A stretch of 20,000 nucleotides of DNA from an uncultured virus (IMG/VR IMGVR_UViG_2891442665_000011) (IMGVR_UViG_2891442665_000011); one strand, 5' to 3'; numbered from the stretch's first letter, positions 1 to 7,604 are shown. Numbers and translations: made by a program. The notes: a model not told the origin generated them from the sequence alone.

Positions 1-1
1 G

Positions 2-130
2 TCCATCCGGGTCAGAGGTATCAATCCGTAAAGTGCCAATATCCAAAGGTTTAGTTATAATCTTGGTTATAATTGAAGCAATTACAATGTCGATCGCAAA
101 GATAATTACAAGGATAATTACAAGTTCCAT
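2..130 (-). CDS. Partial small phage membrane-anchored protein (MELVIILVIIFAIDIVIASIITKIITKPLDIGTLRIDTSDPDG...), runs off the left edge
   Basis: Hand translation; ATG at 130 preceded by GAAAGGAG RBS; hydrophobic N-terminus; not in the ORF track because it is truncated. Confidence 0.75.
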   Translation of the reverse strand, partial: MELVIILVIIFAIDIVIASIITKIITKPLDIGTLRIDTSDPDG

Positions 131-240
131 AGAGTTCTCCTTTCAAATTGTTTTTTCAAATTTTTCCACCCGGGAATTTTTCAGATATCAAAATACCATG
201 TTTTTCCGTCACCTGCGTACTGGAATTCTAAGCTAGAATA

Positions 241-264
241 AAAAGAAAGAGCCATTGCTGGCTC
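241..264 (-). terminator. Intrinsic terminator GAGCCA-gcaa-TGGCTC-TTTCTTTT overlapping the stop of the 263..370 ORF
   Basis: 6-bp perfect stem (249-254/259-264) followed by a U-rich tract on the minus strand. Confidence 0.7.
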
Positions 265-370
265 AGTCTTTTAAAAGTCTTGTGATAAGGTATTCTGTTC
301 CGATAATCCCTATAATGCAGATGCCAATCCAAGGGATAAGCCCTGCTATGTATGGATTTTTGATTTTCAT
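263..370 (-). CDS. 35-aa single-TM peptide MKIKNPYIAGLIPWIGICIIGIIGTEYLITRLLKD
   Basis: Hand translation; GAAAGGAGAG RBS upstream; flanked by the 31-bp motif and a terminator; below the ORF-track size cutoff. Confidence 0.7.
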   Translation of the reverse strand: MKIKNPYIAGLIPWIGICIIGIIGTEYLITRLLKD

Positions 371-384
371 AAAATATCACTCTC

Positions 385-415
385 CTTTCATAATAGGAGC
401 TGTTATTTCTGCGAA
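385..415 (-). promoter_or_regulatory. 31-bp repeated motif copy 1 (TTCGCAGAAATAACAGCTCCTATTATGAAAG), putative phage-specific promoter
   Basis: 27/31 identical to 1650..1680; lies directly upstream of an RBS and short ORF. Confidence 0.6.
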
Positions 416-612
416 CCCTCACCTTCATAGACGATTTTCTTCCTCAAATCAGACCACGAAATATAACGTTCCTTCCGGCAGACTGGGCAGAAGAATTTAA
501 TCACTTTGCCGCCGATGTCCTCCAAATCCTGACTGTCCGCTTCCAACCGGCTTTGACAATTCGGGCAGTTGAATCGGTACACTTTTTTCACCGCAACATC
601 TACAATCTTCAT
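403..612 (-). CDS. Small zinc-ribbon protein (CPNC...CPVC), phage hypothetical
   Basis: Two CxxC motifs; ATG at 612 follows an AAGGAG RBS (ORF track starts at GTG 621). Confidence 0.75.
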   Translation of the reverse strand: MKIVDVAVKKVYRFNCPNCQSRLEADSQDLEDIGGKVIKFFCPVCRKERYISWSDLRKKIVYEGEGSQK

Positions 613-613
613 A

Positions 614-1033
614 TCAACCACGCTCCTTGTTTAGCAGCCAGAAGAATCGTCTGTACAAGTCGTAATAGACATCCTTACAGCATGGAATATCTAATCTAGC
701 TTTCAAACAATCGTAAGAGATGCCATTTGTAACAGCCTGTAAAATATAACTTCCAAGTACCGCATCGGTTTCTTCGGCTACCAGTTTCACCAATTCCATT
801 CTGTCGGAGTAAAATATCCTCGCCTCAGCGCATTTTGCTGTCGGATCACCAAGATGCTGCTGACTCGAAAACAAAACCAAATCTGTCGGTCTCTTAGCCA
901 GCCCGTTCAAGGCTAAGTATGCTTTTTTCCAGATAGGATACTGGAGACAGAAATGTTTCAACTCATAATACCGGTGTTTTTCAATCCAATAGGGATTCTT
1001 CTCGGACAACTCCGGTCGTATCGTCGTTCCCAT
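614..1033 (-). CDS. Phage hypothetical protein, possibly an ArpU/RinA-like transcriptional regulator
   Basis: 139 aa from ATG 1033, which overlaps the upstream stop (TAATG); helical C-terminus ISYDCLKARLDIPCCKDVYYDLYRRFFWLL is HTH-like; functional call is weak. Confidence 0.6.
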   Translation of the reverse strand: MGTTIRPELSEKNPYWIEKHRYYELKHFCLQYPIWKKAYLALNGLAKRPTDLVLFSSQQHLGDPTAKCAEARIFYSDRMELVKLVAEETDAVLGSYILQAVTNGISYDCLKARLDIPCCKDVYYDLYRRFFWLLNKERG

Positions 1034-1284
1034 TAGCGTTTCTCTCCTTTCCACAAATAGCCTGTTTCTTCATAGAGGAGCTTCGGAGAGATATAGAAAT
1101 TGATACGTCCGTACCTCGAATTCATCTCCTCAATGTTGGTTACAAGTTTGCCGTTTCGAGTGGCCTTTCCGATTGGAAGCCATCCGGATATGATTCCGGC
1201 TCTGACCCAGGATGCATCCTTACCGTACACTCTGGCCGCGACGACCACCGGCACCGAACCCGACTCAAATATAATTTCTTCCAT
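1033..1284 (-). CDS. Small HTH-type DNA-binding protein (excisionase/Cro-like candidate)
   Basis: 83 aa; VPVVVAARVYGKDASWVRAGI resembles a winged-HTH of Xis-like proteins; GAAAGGAGG RBS; near the integrase. Confidence 0.6.
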   Translation of the reverse strand: MEEIIFESGSVPVVVAARVYGKDASWVRAGIISGWLPIGKATRNGKLVTNIEEMNSRYGRINFYISPKLLYEETGYLWKGEKR

Positions 1285-1309
1285 TGGCTCTTGCCTCCTT
1301 TCAACGGCT

Positions 1310-1338
1310 ATTCTAGGATAAGAACCGCTTTTAGTAAA
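1310..1338 (-). promoter_or_regulatory. Sigma70/SigA-like promoter TTTACT-N17-TAGAAT
   Basis: Near-consensus hexamers with 17-bp spacing upstream of the RBS of 1033..1284 and just after a terminator. Confidence 0.55.
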
Positions 1339-1360
1339 AACAACCTCGGTGGTATGGCGG

Positions 1361-1388
1361 CAAAAAGAAAGAGTCCTTGTTAGGACTC
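1361..1388 (-). terminator. Intrinsic terminator GAGTCCT-aaca-AGGACTC-TTTCTTTTTG containing the stop codon of 1380..1619
   Basis: 7-bp perfect stem (1371-1377/1382-1388) plus U-tract. Confidence 0.75.
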
Positions 1389-1619
1389 CATCTCGTCTAC
1401 ATACTTTCCAAATGCTTTAATTTCTCTTTTAAGTTTTATTTTGTCTTTCCACAGATCAACAGTTTCGATTCCGAATATAATCAGCGCCGAGAAAGCTGCT
1501 CCGATTCCTACTCCAATAAGGACGTCTTTTGCGCCTTTATTATAGCAAGAATTTGCAAACTCGCTAAGTGCTTTCATAGCTTCTTCTTCCGTTACTGTTG
1601 TTTTAATTTCTTCTGACAT
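1380..1619 (-). CDS. 79-aa single-TM phage protein
   Basis: GAAAGGAG RBS; hydrophobic stretch VLIGVGIGAAFSALIIFGI; flanked by the 31-bp motif and a terminator. Confidence 0.75.
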   Translation of the reverse strand: MSEEIKTTVTEEEAMKALSEFANSCYNKGAKDVLIGVGIGAAFSALIIFGIETVDLWKDKIKLKREIKAFGKYVDEMES

Positions 1620-1649
1620 AATAATTCTCCTTTCGAAATATAAACAATT

Positions 1650-1680
1650 CTTTCATAATAGCAGTTGTAATTTTTGCGAA
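1650..1680 (-). promoter_or_regulatory. 31-bp repeated motif copy 2 (TTCGCAAAAATTACAACTGCTATTATGAAAG)
   Basis: 27/31 identical to 385..415; upstream of the RBS of 1380..1619. Confidence 0.6.
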
Positions 1681-1979
1681 GATTTCCACCGAATCATCGT
1701 CATCTCGCAAGGATAATCCTCATATCCAATCGTCTCACAAGTAATAAGTCCCTCTATCACGCCTCGGATAATTTCCGCCTCATACTGCTTGTACGGAAAA
1801 ATATCATCTGGAAGCTCTCTATGTAAATGTCCACATTTGATACAGCGTAATCTCCGAACCTTAATCCAGCTTGTACTTCTCCTTTTTGTTCGTACAATTC
1901 TTGGAACGCTGTCGTAGTATTTCAACGCTCCGCCGCAATCAGGACAGGTTGATTCGTCATGAGTAACCATATACATCAC
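1653..1979 (-). CDS. Zinc-ribbon protein, DUF6431-like
   Basis: CPDCGG...RRLRCIKCGHLHRELPDDIFPYKQY pattern recalled from DUF6431 proteins; GGAGG upstream; start may be one of the nearby ATGs. Confidence 0.65.
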   Translation of the reverse strand: MMYMVTHDESTCPDCGGALKYYDSVPRIVRTKRRSTSWIKVRRLRCIKCGHLHRELPDDIFPYKQYEAEIIRGVIEGLITCETIGYEDYPCEMTMIRWKSSQKLQLLL

Positions 1980-1996
1980 CTCCAGAGTGAAAAATA

Positions 1997-2038
1997 AGTG
2001 TAGGAGTAGTTGACAATTCCTACACTATGATATATGAT
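1997..2038 (+). promoter_or_regulatory. Integrase promoter TTGACA(2010-2015)-N17-TATGAT(2033-2038) overlapped by a 9-bp inverted repeat AGTGTAGGA/TCCTACACT
   Basis: Consensus -35, 5/6 -10, 17-bp spacer; IR arms at 1997-2005 and 2018-2026. Confidence 0.7.
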
Positions 2039-2095
2039 TACTAATGGCAAATCAACAGAAACTCTGAGATTTGTCAAGAAAGGAGTGAGCGCACC

Positions 2096-3334
2096 ATGCT
2101 GATGCAATGTCCCGAATGCCAACTGCAAGTAAGCGATAAGGCAACATACTGTCCTCATTGTGGCTATCCGATGCAGCCAGACATAAAACCAAGAAAGCCT
2201 CGCAAATCCAACAAGCGAAGAAGACTGCCAAATGGATTCGGACAGATAAGTGAAATCAAAGGAAGAAATCTTCGAAATCCATTTCGAGCTATGGTTACAG
2301 TTGGAAAAACTCCGACTGGACGGCCTATTTGTAAGCCACTCAAACCGGAGTCATACTTTCCCACTTATAATGATGCCTATGCTGCTTTGGTAGAATATAA
2401 CAAGAATCCGTATGATTTAGAGCCAGCCATAACAGCGAAAGAACTCTATGAAAAATGGACAGAAGAATATTTCAAGACTCTGAAGAACGATGCGAGTGCG
2501 AGGGCCGTTACCTCTGCCTGGGCTTATTGCTCATCTGTCTACGATATGCGGGTAATGGACATTCGGGCGCGCCATGTAAAAGGCTGTATGGAAGAAGGAA
2601 TAGCTGTAGTTAGGGGGAAAGAGCAGCGGCCTAGTGCGTCCATGAAAAATAAAATTAAATCTCTGTTCAACCTTATGTTGGATTATGCTTTGGAATATGA
2701 GATTGTTGACCGTAACTACTCCAGAAGTTTCAATCTGACGGAAGAAACCATCAAAGAAATCCAGACCGTTAAAAAGGAACACATCCCGTTTACGGATGAA
2801 GAAATTGCATTGCTTTGGGAACATGTGGATGATAAACGGTATGTTGACGCAATCCTGATTCAATGCTATTCTGGATGGAGACCGCAGGAACTTGGATTGA
2901 TACGGTTGGAAGATGTTGATTTGGAGAATTGGACTTTCAAAGGCGGTATGAAAACAGATGCCGGTACCGATAGGGTTGTTCCGATTCATTCAAAGATACA
3001 GTCGCTAGTGCTCAGAAAATATAAAGAGGCAGAATCCCTGGGGAGCGAATTCCTTTTCAATTGCACCGATCCGGACAGAAACCGGAAAAATATAAAGTTC
3101 ACGTACAACCGGTATCAAAAGGGATTTACAAGAATCCGTGATGAGCTGAAGTTGAATCCAGACCATAGACCACATGACGGACGAAAACATTTCGTAAGTA
3201 TGGCAAAAAAATATGGCATCGATGAATACGCCATCAAATATATGGTCGGACATAAGATTTCTGACATCACTGAAAAAGTGTACACAGCAAGAGAGTTTGA
3301 CTGGCTGCGAGAGGAAATAGAAAAAATAAAATAG
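2096..3334 (+). CDS. int: Tyrosine recombinase/phage integrase with N-terminal zinc ribbon
   Basis: Catalytic residues: R (SGWRPQEL), K (GGMKT), HxxR (PHDGRKH), H (MVGH), Y (TEKVY); N-terminal CPEC...CPHC; AAGGAG RBS. Confidence 0.93.
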   Translation: MLMQCPECQLQVSDKATYCPHCGYPMQPDIKPRKPRKSNKRRRLPNGFGQISEIKGRNLRNPFRAMVTVGKTPTGRPICKPLKPESYFPTYNDAYAALVEYNKNPYDLEPAITAKELYEKWTEEYFKTLKNDASARAVTSAWAYCSSVYDMRVMDIRARHVKGCMEEGIAVVRGKEQRPSASMKNKIKSLFNLMLDYALEYEIVDRNYSRSFNLTEETIKEIQTVKKEHIPFTDEEIALLWEHVDDKRYVDAILIQCYSGWRPQELGLIRLEDVDLENWTFKGGMKTDAGTDRVVPIHSKIQSLVLRKYKEAESLGSEFLFNCTDPDRNRKNIKFTYNRYQKGFTRIRDELKLNPDHRPHDGRKHFVSMAKKYGIDEYAIKYMVGHKISDITEKVYTAREFDWLREEIEKIK

Positions 3335-3344
3335 AATGTCTTTT

Positions 3345-3379
3345 GTGTAGGAATGTTGGTATAGGAGTGGTGCAGGAAT
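3345..3379 (+). repeat. Three direct copies of GTRYAGGART (probable integrase arm-type sites of an att region)
   Basis: GTGTAGGAAT 3345-3354, GTATAGGAGT 3359-3368, GTGCAGGAAT 3370-3379, immediately after the int stop. Confidence 0.65.
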
Positions 3380-3492
3380 AATATATGATTTACATACATT
3401 TCCCTGCTTTTTACCACTTCTAACCGCTTTTAAAAGTATTGATTTTACTGGTTTTTTCGCAAGTAGTCAGCTTAGGAAGTTTTTATTTTACA

Positions 3493-3515
3493 ATTATAAC
3501 TGTATTAGTTATAAT
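3493..3515. repeat. AT-rich inverted repeat ATTATAACT-gtatt-AGTTATAAT
   Basis: 9-bp perfect arms with a 5-bp spacer, at the junction between the two regions. Confidence 0.45.
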
Positions 3516-3607
3516 AATAATTAAAACAGTTGTATTTATAGCTAAATCGCCACAGAGAAAAATTTTTTCGTTGGTTTTCAACTGCGTCAATGGTTGTCTA
3601 CCTTGTT

Positions 3608-3616
3608 TGCTATACT
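3608..3616 (+). promoter_or_regulatory. Extended -10 element TGcTATACT upstream of the WYL gene
   Basis: TGnTATACT about 30 bp upstream of ATG 3648; no convincing -35. Confidence 0.4.
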
Positions 3617-3647
3617 ACTATACTATAGGTAAGGGGGCGGAGCTGCG

Positions 3648-4592
3648 ATGGAAAATCTGACGGAGGCGAAGTCCTCACGACTTCTGGTCATCTATTCCCG
3701 CTTGGTAAAGGGAGAAACCGTATCCAAAGCTGATTTGAGTGAGCAATACCATGTATCGGAGCGGAGCATACAACGAGATATGGAGGCCCTGCGTTGCTTT
3801 ATTTCCAATCAGTCTTTGGGACAGGATATTGTCTACGACTACAAGCTGCGAGGTTATCGGCTGGTGAACGATCTGTCCAAAGGGTTAAGCAACAGCGAGG
3901 TTTTGGCTGTTTGCAAAATCCTTTTGGAAAGCCGCTCTATGCGAAGGGATGAAATGCTGCCGATTTTGGACAAGCTAATCGACTGCGCCGTGCCGGAAGA
4001 AAACCGCCGTGCAGTAGTAGAGCTGATTTCAAACGAAAAGCACCATTACATAGAGCCGCACCATGGCAAACCTATTTTGAAGGGACTGTGGGAGTTTGGA
4101 CAGGCTATCAAGCATCATCAGTACATGGAGATTGAGTATGAACGGATAAAAGGGCCAAAGTGTGTACATCGGCGAATAAAGCCAGTCGGCATCATGTTTT
4201 CCGAGTATTATTTTTACCTCACAGCCTTTTTAGAGGATAAGACCGATTTTGAAAACCCGGACGATCTGTTTCCCACCATTTACCGCATCGACCGCATCCG
4301 TTCTTTTCAAGTGCTGGACGAGCACTTTTATGTGCCATACAGAGACCGTTTTGAGGAAGGGGAGTTTCGCAAACGGGTACAGTTTATGTACGGCGGAAGG
4401 TTGGAACGGATCAGGTTTCGCTACACTGGACCATCCGTGGAGGCAGTGCTGGACCGGCTGCCTACTGCGGAGATTGTCAGTACAGACAAGGAAGGGTGGA
4501 CGATTCAGGCAGAAGTATTCGGCAAGGGGGTTGAGATGTGGCTGAGGAGCCAGGGAGACTATGTTCAAATCATGCGGGAGGATACGCAATGA
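3648..4592 (+). CDS. HTH-WYL-WCX transcriptional regulator (YafY/PafBC/BrxR/CapW-like)
   Basis: N-terminal wHTH (LSEQYHVSERSIQRDMEALR); WYL domain (IKPVGIMFSEYYFYL...IYRIDRI); WCX-like C-terminus (WLRSQGDYVQI); 314 aa. Confidence 0.9.
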   Translation: MENLTEAKSSRLLVIYSRLVKGETVSKADLSEQYHVSERSIQRDMEALRCFISNQSLGQDIVYDYKLRGYRLVNDLSKGLSNSEVLAVCKILLESRSMRRDEMLPILDKLIDCAVPEENRRAVVELISNEKHHYIEPHHGKPILKGLWEFGQAIKHHQYMEIEYERIKGPKCVHRRIKPVGIMFSEYYFYLTAFLEDKTDFENPDDLFPTIYRIDRIRSFQVLDEHFYVPYRDRFEEGEFRKRVQFMYGGRLERIRFRYTGPSVEAVLDRLPTAEIVSTDKEGWTIQAEVFGKGVEMWLRSQGDYVQIMREDTQ

Positions 4593-5812
4593 AGCATAAA
4601 CTACAAAAGATTAAGGAAGAATCACAGGAGCTATGTACGGAAATTTCTTCTGATTTGCGTATATCGAAAGGGCATTTAGAGCAGATTGGGGACGAGTATC
4701 ATCGGGTTACAGAACTGTCTCATGCGCCGATGGTCGTTATCAACGAGATTGACAGGCAGTTTGCAAAAGCAACCAAGCTCAACGATGTAGACATAGCATT
4801 TTTATTTGTTGCGGCCGCACTACAATGTATCCGCCAGTACATATTTACACCAACACAGGAACGCTTGAACGATCAAGAAGCGGCCAACAAAGTAAAGAGC
4901 GGAAAAGAGCATTCAGACCGTTCCCACAGACTGTATAACCCCAGCCTGGAAGAAATTATTTCAAACCCAGTTCCTTTTGATATTACGGCTGGAAGTCGTG
5001 GCGTTCTCAAGGGATATGGTTCATTAGGCCATAGAGGGGCTACTGTAGGGCATGATCCGCTGTGGGGGTTGCTATATGGCACTGCAAACATCGCCACCAG
5101 CACGGTCACGATTTGGGGCAAAGATATTCCCGTTTTCATGGATTCCTACCATATCACAACTGGGTCGGTTCCTGTTCGCGGTGGCCTTGGAGCAAAGGAT
5201 GTAATCCCACTTAGTCCATCAGGCAAACCGATCTTGGCTGATACCAAAAAGGTTCTTAATTATACCATCGACAAATTACTGCATAAAGGTATGGAAGGGA
5301 AAACCATCGTTGGCGTTTCTGTCGCAAAGGAAATTCAGCATCTGCGCTCAGATGTTCACTCCACAAAAAGCCTTCCACTTCCAGCAATCTCAGCAATCAG
5401 CCCCAGGTTAGCCGGCGACCTTGCCAAGTATGGTGTAGATATGGCAACCGTATTGGATGCAGGGAAGCAGCTGGTCTACGCCATGGCAATTGACACACTA
5501 ATTGCACTAATCCACGGATTTTTTTATGAAGATTCTGCTGGACGCCGTAATATGTATGAAATCCGAACCAGAAGAATCCTGCTCTATTCTAATCTGATTG
5601 CATCTGCCAGCAATGTAGTTGTGGCGGCTGTCGCACAATCTCTTGGTATGGACGGGATGCGGATCGTGGACTGGGGTGGCTATTTGAATACTTTACATCA
5701 TATAGCCTTTGACGCAAAATTCATCCATGAAACTAAAAAGGATTTTCTGAAAAACGAGCTTTATGACCGCATTGTAGGCACAGAATATGATTTTATGAAA
5801 GGGGATATATAG
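4589..5812 (+). CDS. Hypothetical protein (407 aa) with several hydrophobic helices and an HRxxxxGHDPxxG motif
   Basis: ATG 4589 overlaps the WYL stop (ATGA) with GGGAGG RBS; hydrophobic segments IAFLFVAAALQCI, LWGLLYGTANIATSTVTIW, LVYAMAIDTLIALIHGFFY, ILLYSNLIASASNVVVAAVA. Confidence 0.8.
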   Translation: MKHKLQKIKEESQELCTEISSDLRISKGHLEQIGDEYHRVTELSHAPMVVINEIDRQFAKATKLNDVDIAFLFVAAALQCIRQYIFTPTQERLNDQEAANKVKSGKEHSDRSHRLYNPSLEEIISNPVPFDITAGSRGVLKGYGSLGHRGATVGHDPLWGLLYGTANIATSTVTIWGKDIPVFMDSYHITTGSVPVRGGLGAKDVIPLSPSGKPILADTKKVLNYTIDKLLHKGMEGKTIVGVSVAKEIQHLRSDVHSTKSLPLPAISAISPRLAGDLAKYGVDMATVLDAGKQLVYAMAIDTLIALIHGFFYEDSAGRRNMYEIRTRRILLYSNLIASASNVVVAAVAQSLGMDGMRIVDWGGYLNTLHHIAFDAKFIHETKKDFLKNELYDRIVGTEYDFMKGDI

Positions 5813-5813
5813 C

Positions 5814-7604
5814 ATGAGCAAAAAAGACTACAAACAAGGTATATCTGATGCTATGGCGGCTTACGAGGCGTTTGGCGAAAAGCAGGAGGCCGCCATCCGC
5901 CATGTGGGCGCTGAAATCGAAAGAACCGCCGGTAAAGTGGACCAGTTGGGCGGCAAGATCGGAGAGATCACCGACTATATTACCGACAAGGAGAAAGCGG
6001 CGCTTTACAAGTTGAACACTCCCGTTGACATCGCCGATCTGGATGACGCAGAAAAGCGTATCCTGCTGGCGGTACTGTACCAGCTTTCGGCGGACGAGGA
6101 CGAGGTGACGGCGGAGCAGCAAAACTATGTCCGGGCGGTGCAGCAGTATTTGAAAATCTATAACCCCCAGACAGAAATTGACCTGTCAGCAGTGGAGAAT
6201 ATCGAGGATATTTCCGCCCAGAAAGCAGTATTGCAATCTGTTCTGGAGTTTTTCCGCCTGGGGGCCCACCCGGAGGAGCTGACCGAGGAGCAGGAGGACT
6301 TTCTGGACTATTTCCAGGTCAACCGCAGGACTCGCCGGGAGATCGATGGCTTTATCACCGCCATCGTGGAGGCCGTAGGCATCAAGGGCCTTTCCGAAAA
6401 GTATGGCTTTGTAGCCGAACAGCCTCGGTCAGAGTTCGCCAAGTATCAGGACAATGGCAGGATACCGGAGAAGGTAGCGGACATCTGTATCGCCCAGCTT
6501 AAAGGCAAGGACGAAGATGACTATGACAATGATGACGAGGAATACGGGGTCAGTTTGGTTAAATGGTTTATGGACTGGACGCAATTTTTAGAAACAAAAG
6601 ATTATATTGTGTTTTTCAAGGCTCGCTATGATGGCATTGACCATGACGAGCAAGACTATGAGGATTACGACCTGAACGCAGACAAGAACTCTGGGCTTTT
6701 CCGCGTCCACAAGCAGAGCGGCAAGGTAGAGCGTATCCATATTGATTATGGGAAGATTGCCAGTCTTCCTTTTTATGGATGGTCTAATAATAAGCTGGTC
6801 TATTACATCGTACAAAATATGATTTACCTCACAATAAGCAAGCCTACCGAGGAAGAAAAAGTCTGGGTTTTAGCGGTGGATGTTAGCGAACAGGCCAGCC
6901 GGGTTTTGACTTTTCCGCACACATCCAACGGTTTTGAGTATATCCACATGAGCGCAAACGAATCTTATCTGATGATTGCCATTCTTGAAGCATATGGCCG
7001 TGATGAAATGAGGCCTGTTAAATCCTATGTGGTTGATTTGACACAGAATGATCGCATCTTTGTGCTGGATTCCGGTTTGTACGAAGTCTATGACGCATTT
7101 TTGTGGGAGGGAAAATTTCTGTTCTGGGGCATTAAAAAGAAGGGTACCCCAGATTCTCTCTATTGCTATGATCCTGGGCAGAAGACCTTGGAAAATATCC
7201 TGCCAGAGATGGACAGCAAAAAATTCAGGGGACTCAGAGCATCCTTTTCGGGGCCATTTGATTGGCGGCTCAACCCGTTGGATTACCTTACAACGATTGA
7301 CCATATGTGGCGTGTAGATGACCGCTACCACTATTGGCTGACAAATCGTACTTACTACGGTTCTGAACATCCGCTGTCACTTATTCGCCTTTTGCCGGAT
7401 GGTTATCTGTGTACATGGACGAATGTTATTAGCTGTCACTGCTTGAAAAAGGTTAGTTATCAAGAAGAAGATTTTGAGCTTGAAGGCTCATATATCCTTT
7501 TGGGCGATTACCTCTATCGTAGCAATTCCGAGGGCTGGCAGAAAACAAACATCTCCAACGGCTTGGACAATTTGCAGTGGGAGATTTTCCAGATGCCTGA
7601 TTGA
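5814..7604 (+). CDS. Hypothetical protein (596 aa): N-terminal coiled coil + TerB-like helical domain, C-terminal beta-rich (propeller-like) domain
   Basis: Starts 1 bp after the upstream stop, AAAGGGG RBS; EKRILLAVLYQLSADEDEVTAEQQNYVRAVQQYL resembles the TerB-like pattern; C-terminal LFRVHKQSGKVERI, VLAVDVSEQASRVL, LYCYDPGQKTLENI resemble propeller blades. Domain calls by eye. Confidence 0.75.
   Translation: MSKKDYKQGISDAMAAYEAFGEKQEAAIRHVGAEIERTAGKVDQLGGKIGEITDYITDKEKAALYKLNTPVDIADLDDAEKRILLAVLYQLSADEDEVTAEQQNYVRAVQQYLKIYNPQTEIDLSAVENIEDISAQKAVLQSVLEFFRLGAHPEELTEEQEDFLDYFQVNRRTRREIDGFITAIVEAVGIKGLSEKYGFVAEQPRSEFAKYQDNGRIPEKVADICIAQLKGKDEDDYDNDDEEYGVSLVKWFMDWTQFLETKDYIVFFKARYDGIDHDEQDYEDYDLNADKNSGLFRVHKQSGKVERIHIDYGKIASLPFYGWSNNKLVYYIVQNMIYLTISKPTEEEKVWVLAVDVSEQASRVLTFPHTSNGFEYIHMSANESYLMIAILEAYGRDEMRPVKSYVVDLTQNDRIFVLDSGLYEVYDAFLWEGKFLFWGIKKKGTPDSLYCYDPGQKTLENILPEMDSKKFRGLRASFSGPFDWRLNPLDYLTTIDHMWRVDDRYHYWLTNRTYYGSEHPLSLIRLLPDGYLCTWTNVISCHCLKKVSYQEEDFELEGSYILLGDYLYRSNSEGWQKTNISNGLDNLQWEIFQMPD

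Larger units (their letters stand above)
1..3480. mobile_element. End of a prophage-like element (integrase end); right boundary approximate
   Basis: Integrase followed by arm-like repeats and an AT-rich stretch; dense co-oriented small phage-type genes. No virion genes in the window, so prophage status is inferred. Confidence 0.65.

Noticed and set aside
150..225. Possible third copy of the 31-bp motif (TACGCAGGTGACGGAAAAACATGGTATTTTGA on the minus strand) and imperfect palindrome around CCCGGG
   Set aside because: Needs an insertion and several mismatches to align; could be regulatory but cannot be supported from one copy
228..428. 66-aa minus-strand ORF from the track
   Set aside because: Runs through the motif, RBS and terminator; the 263..370 frame has the proper RBS
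3345..3379. CRISPR-like or iteron array
   Set aside because: Repeats are only 10 bp with 1-4 bp gaps; no spacers or cas genes
3465..3500. dif-like site (TAGGAAGT resembles part of the B. subtilis dif)
   Set aside because: Only one partial arm matches; no 11-6-11 structure
3439..3660. 73-aa hydrophobic ORF
   Set aside because: TTG start without RBS; hydrophobicity follows from AT-rich intergenic/att DNA
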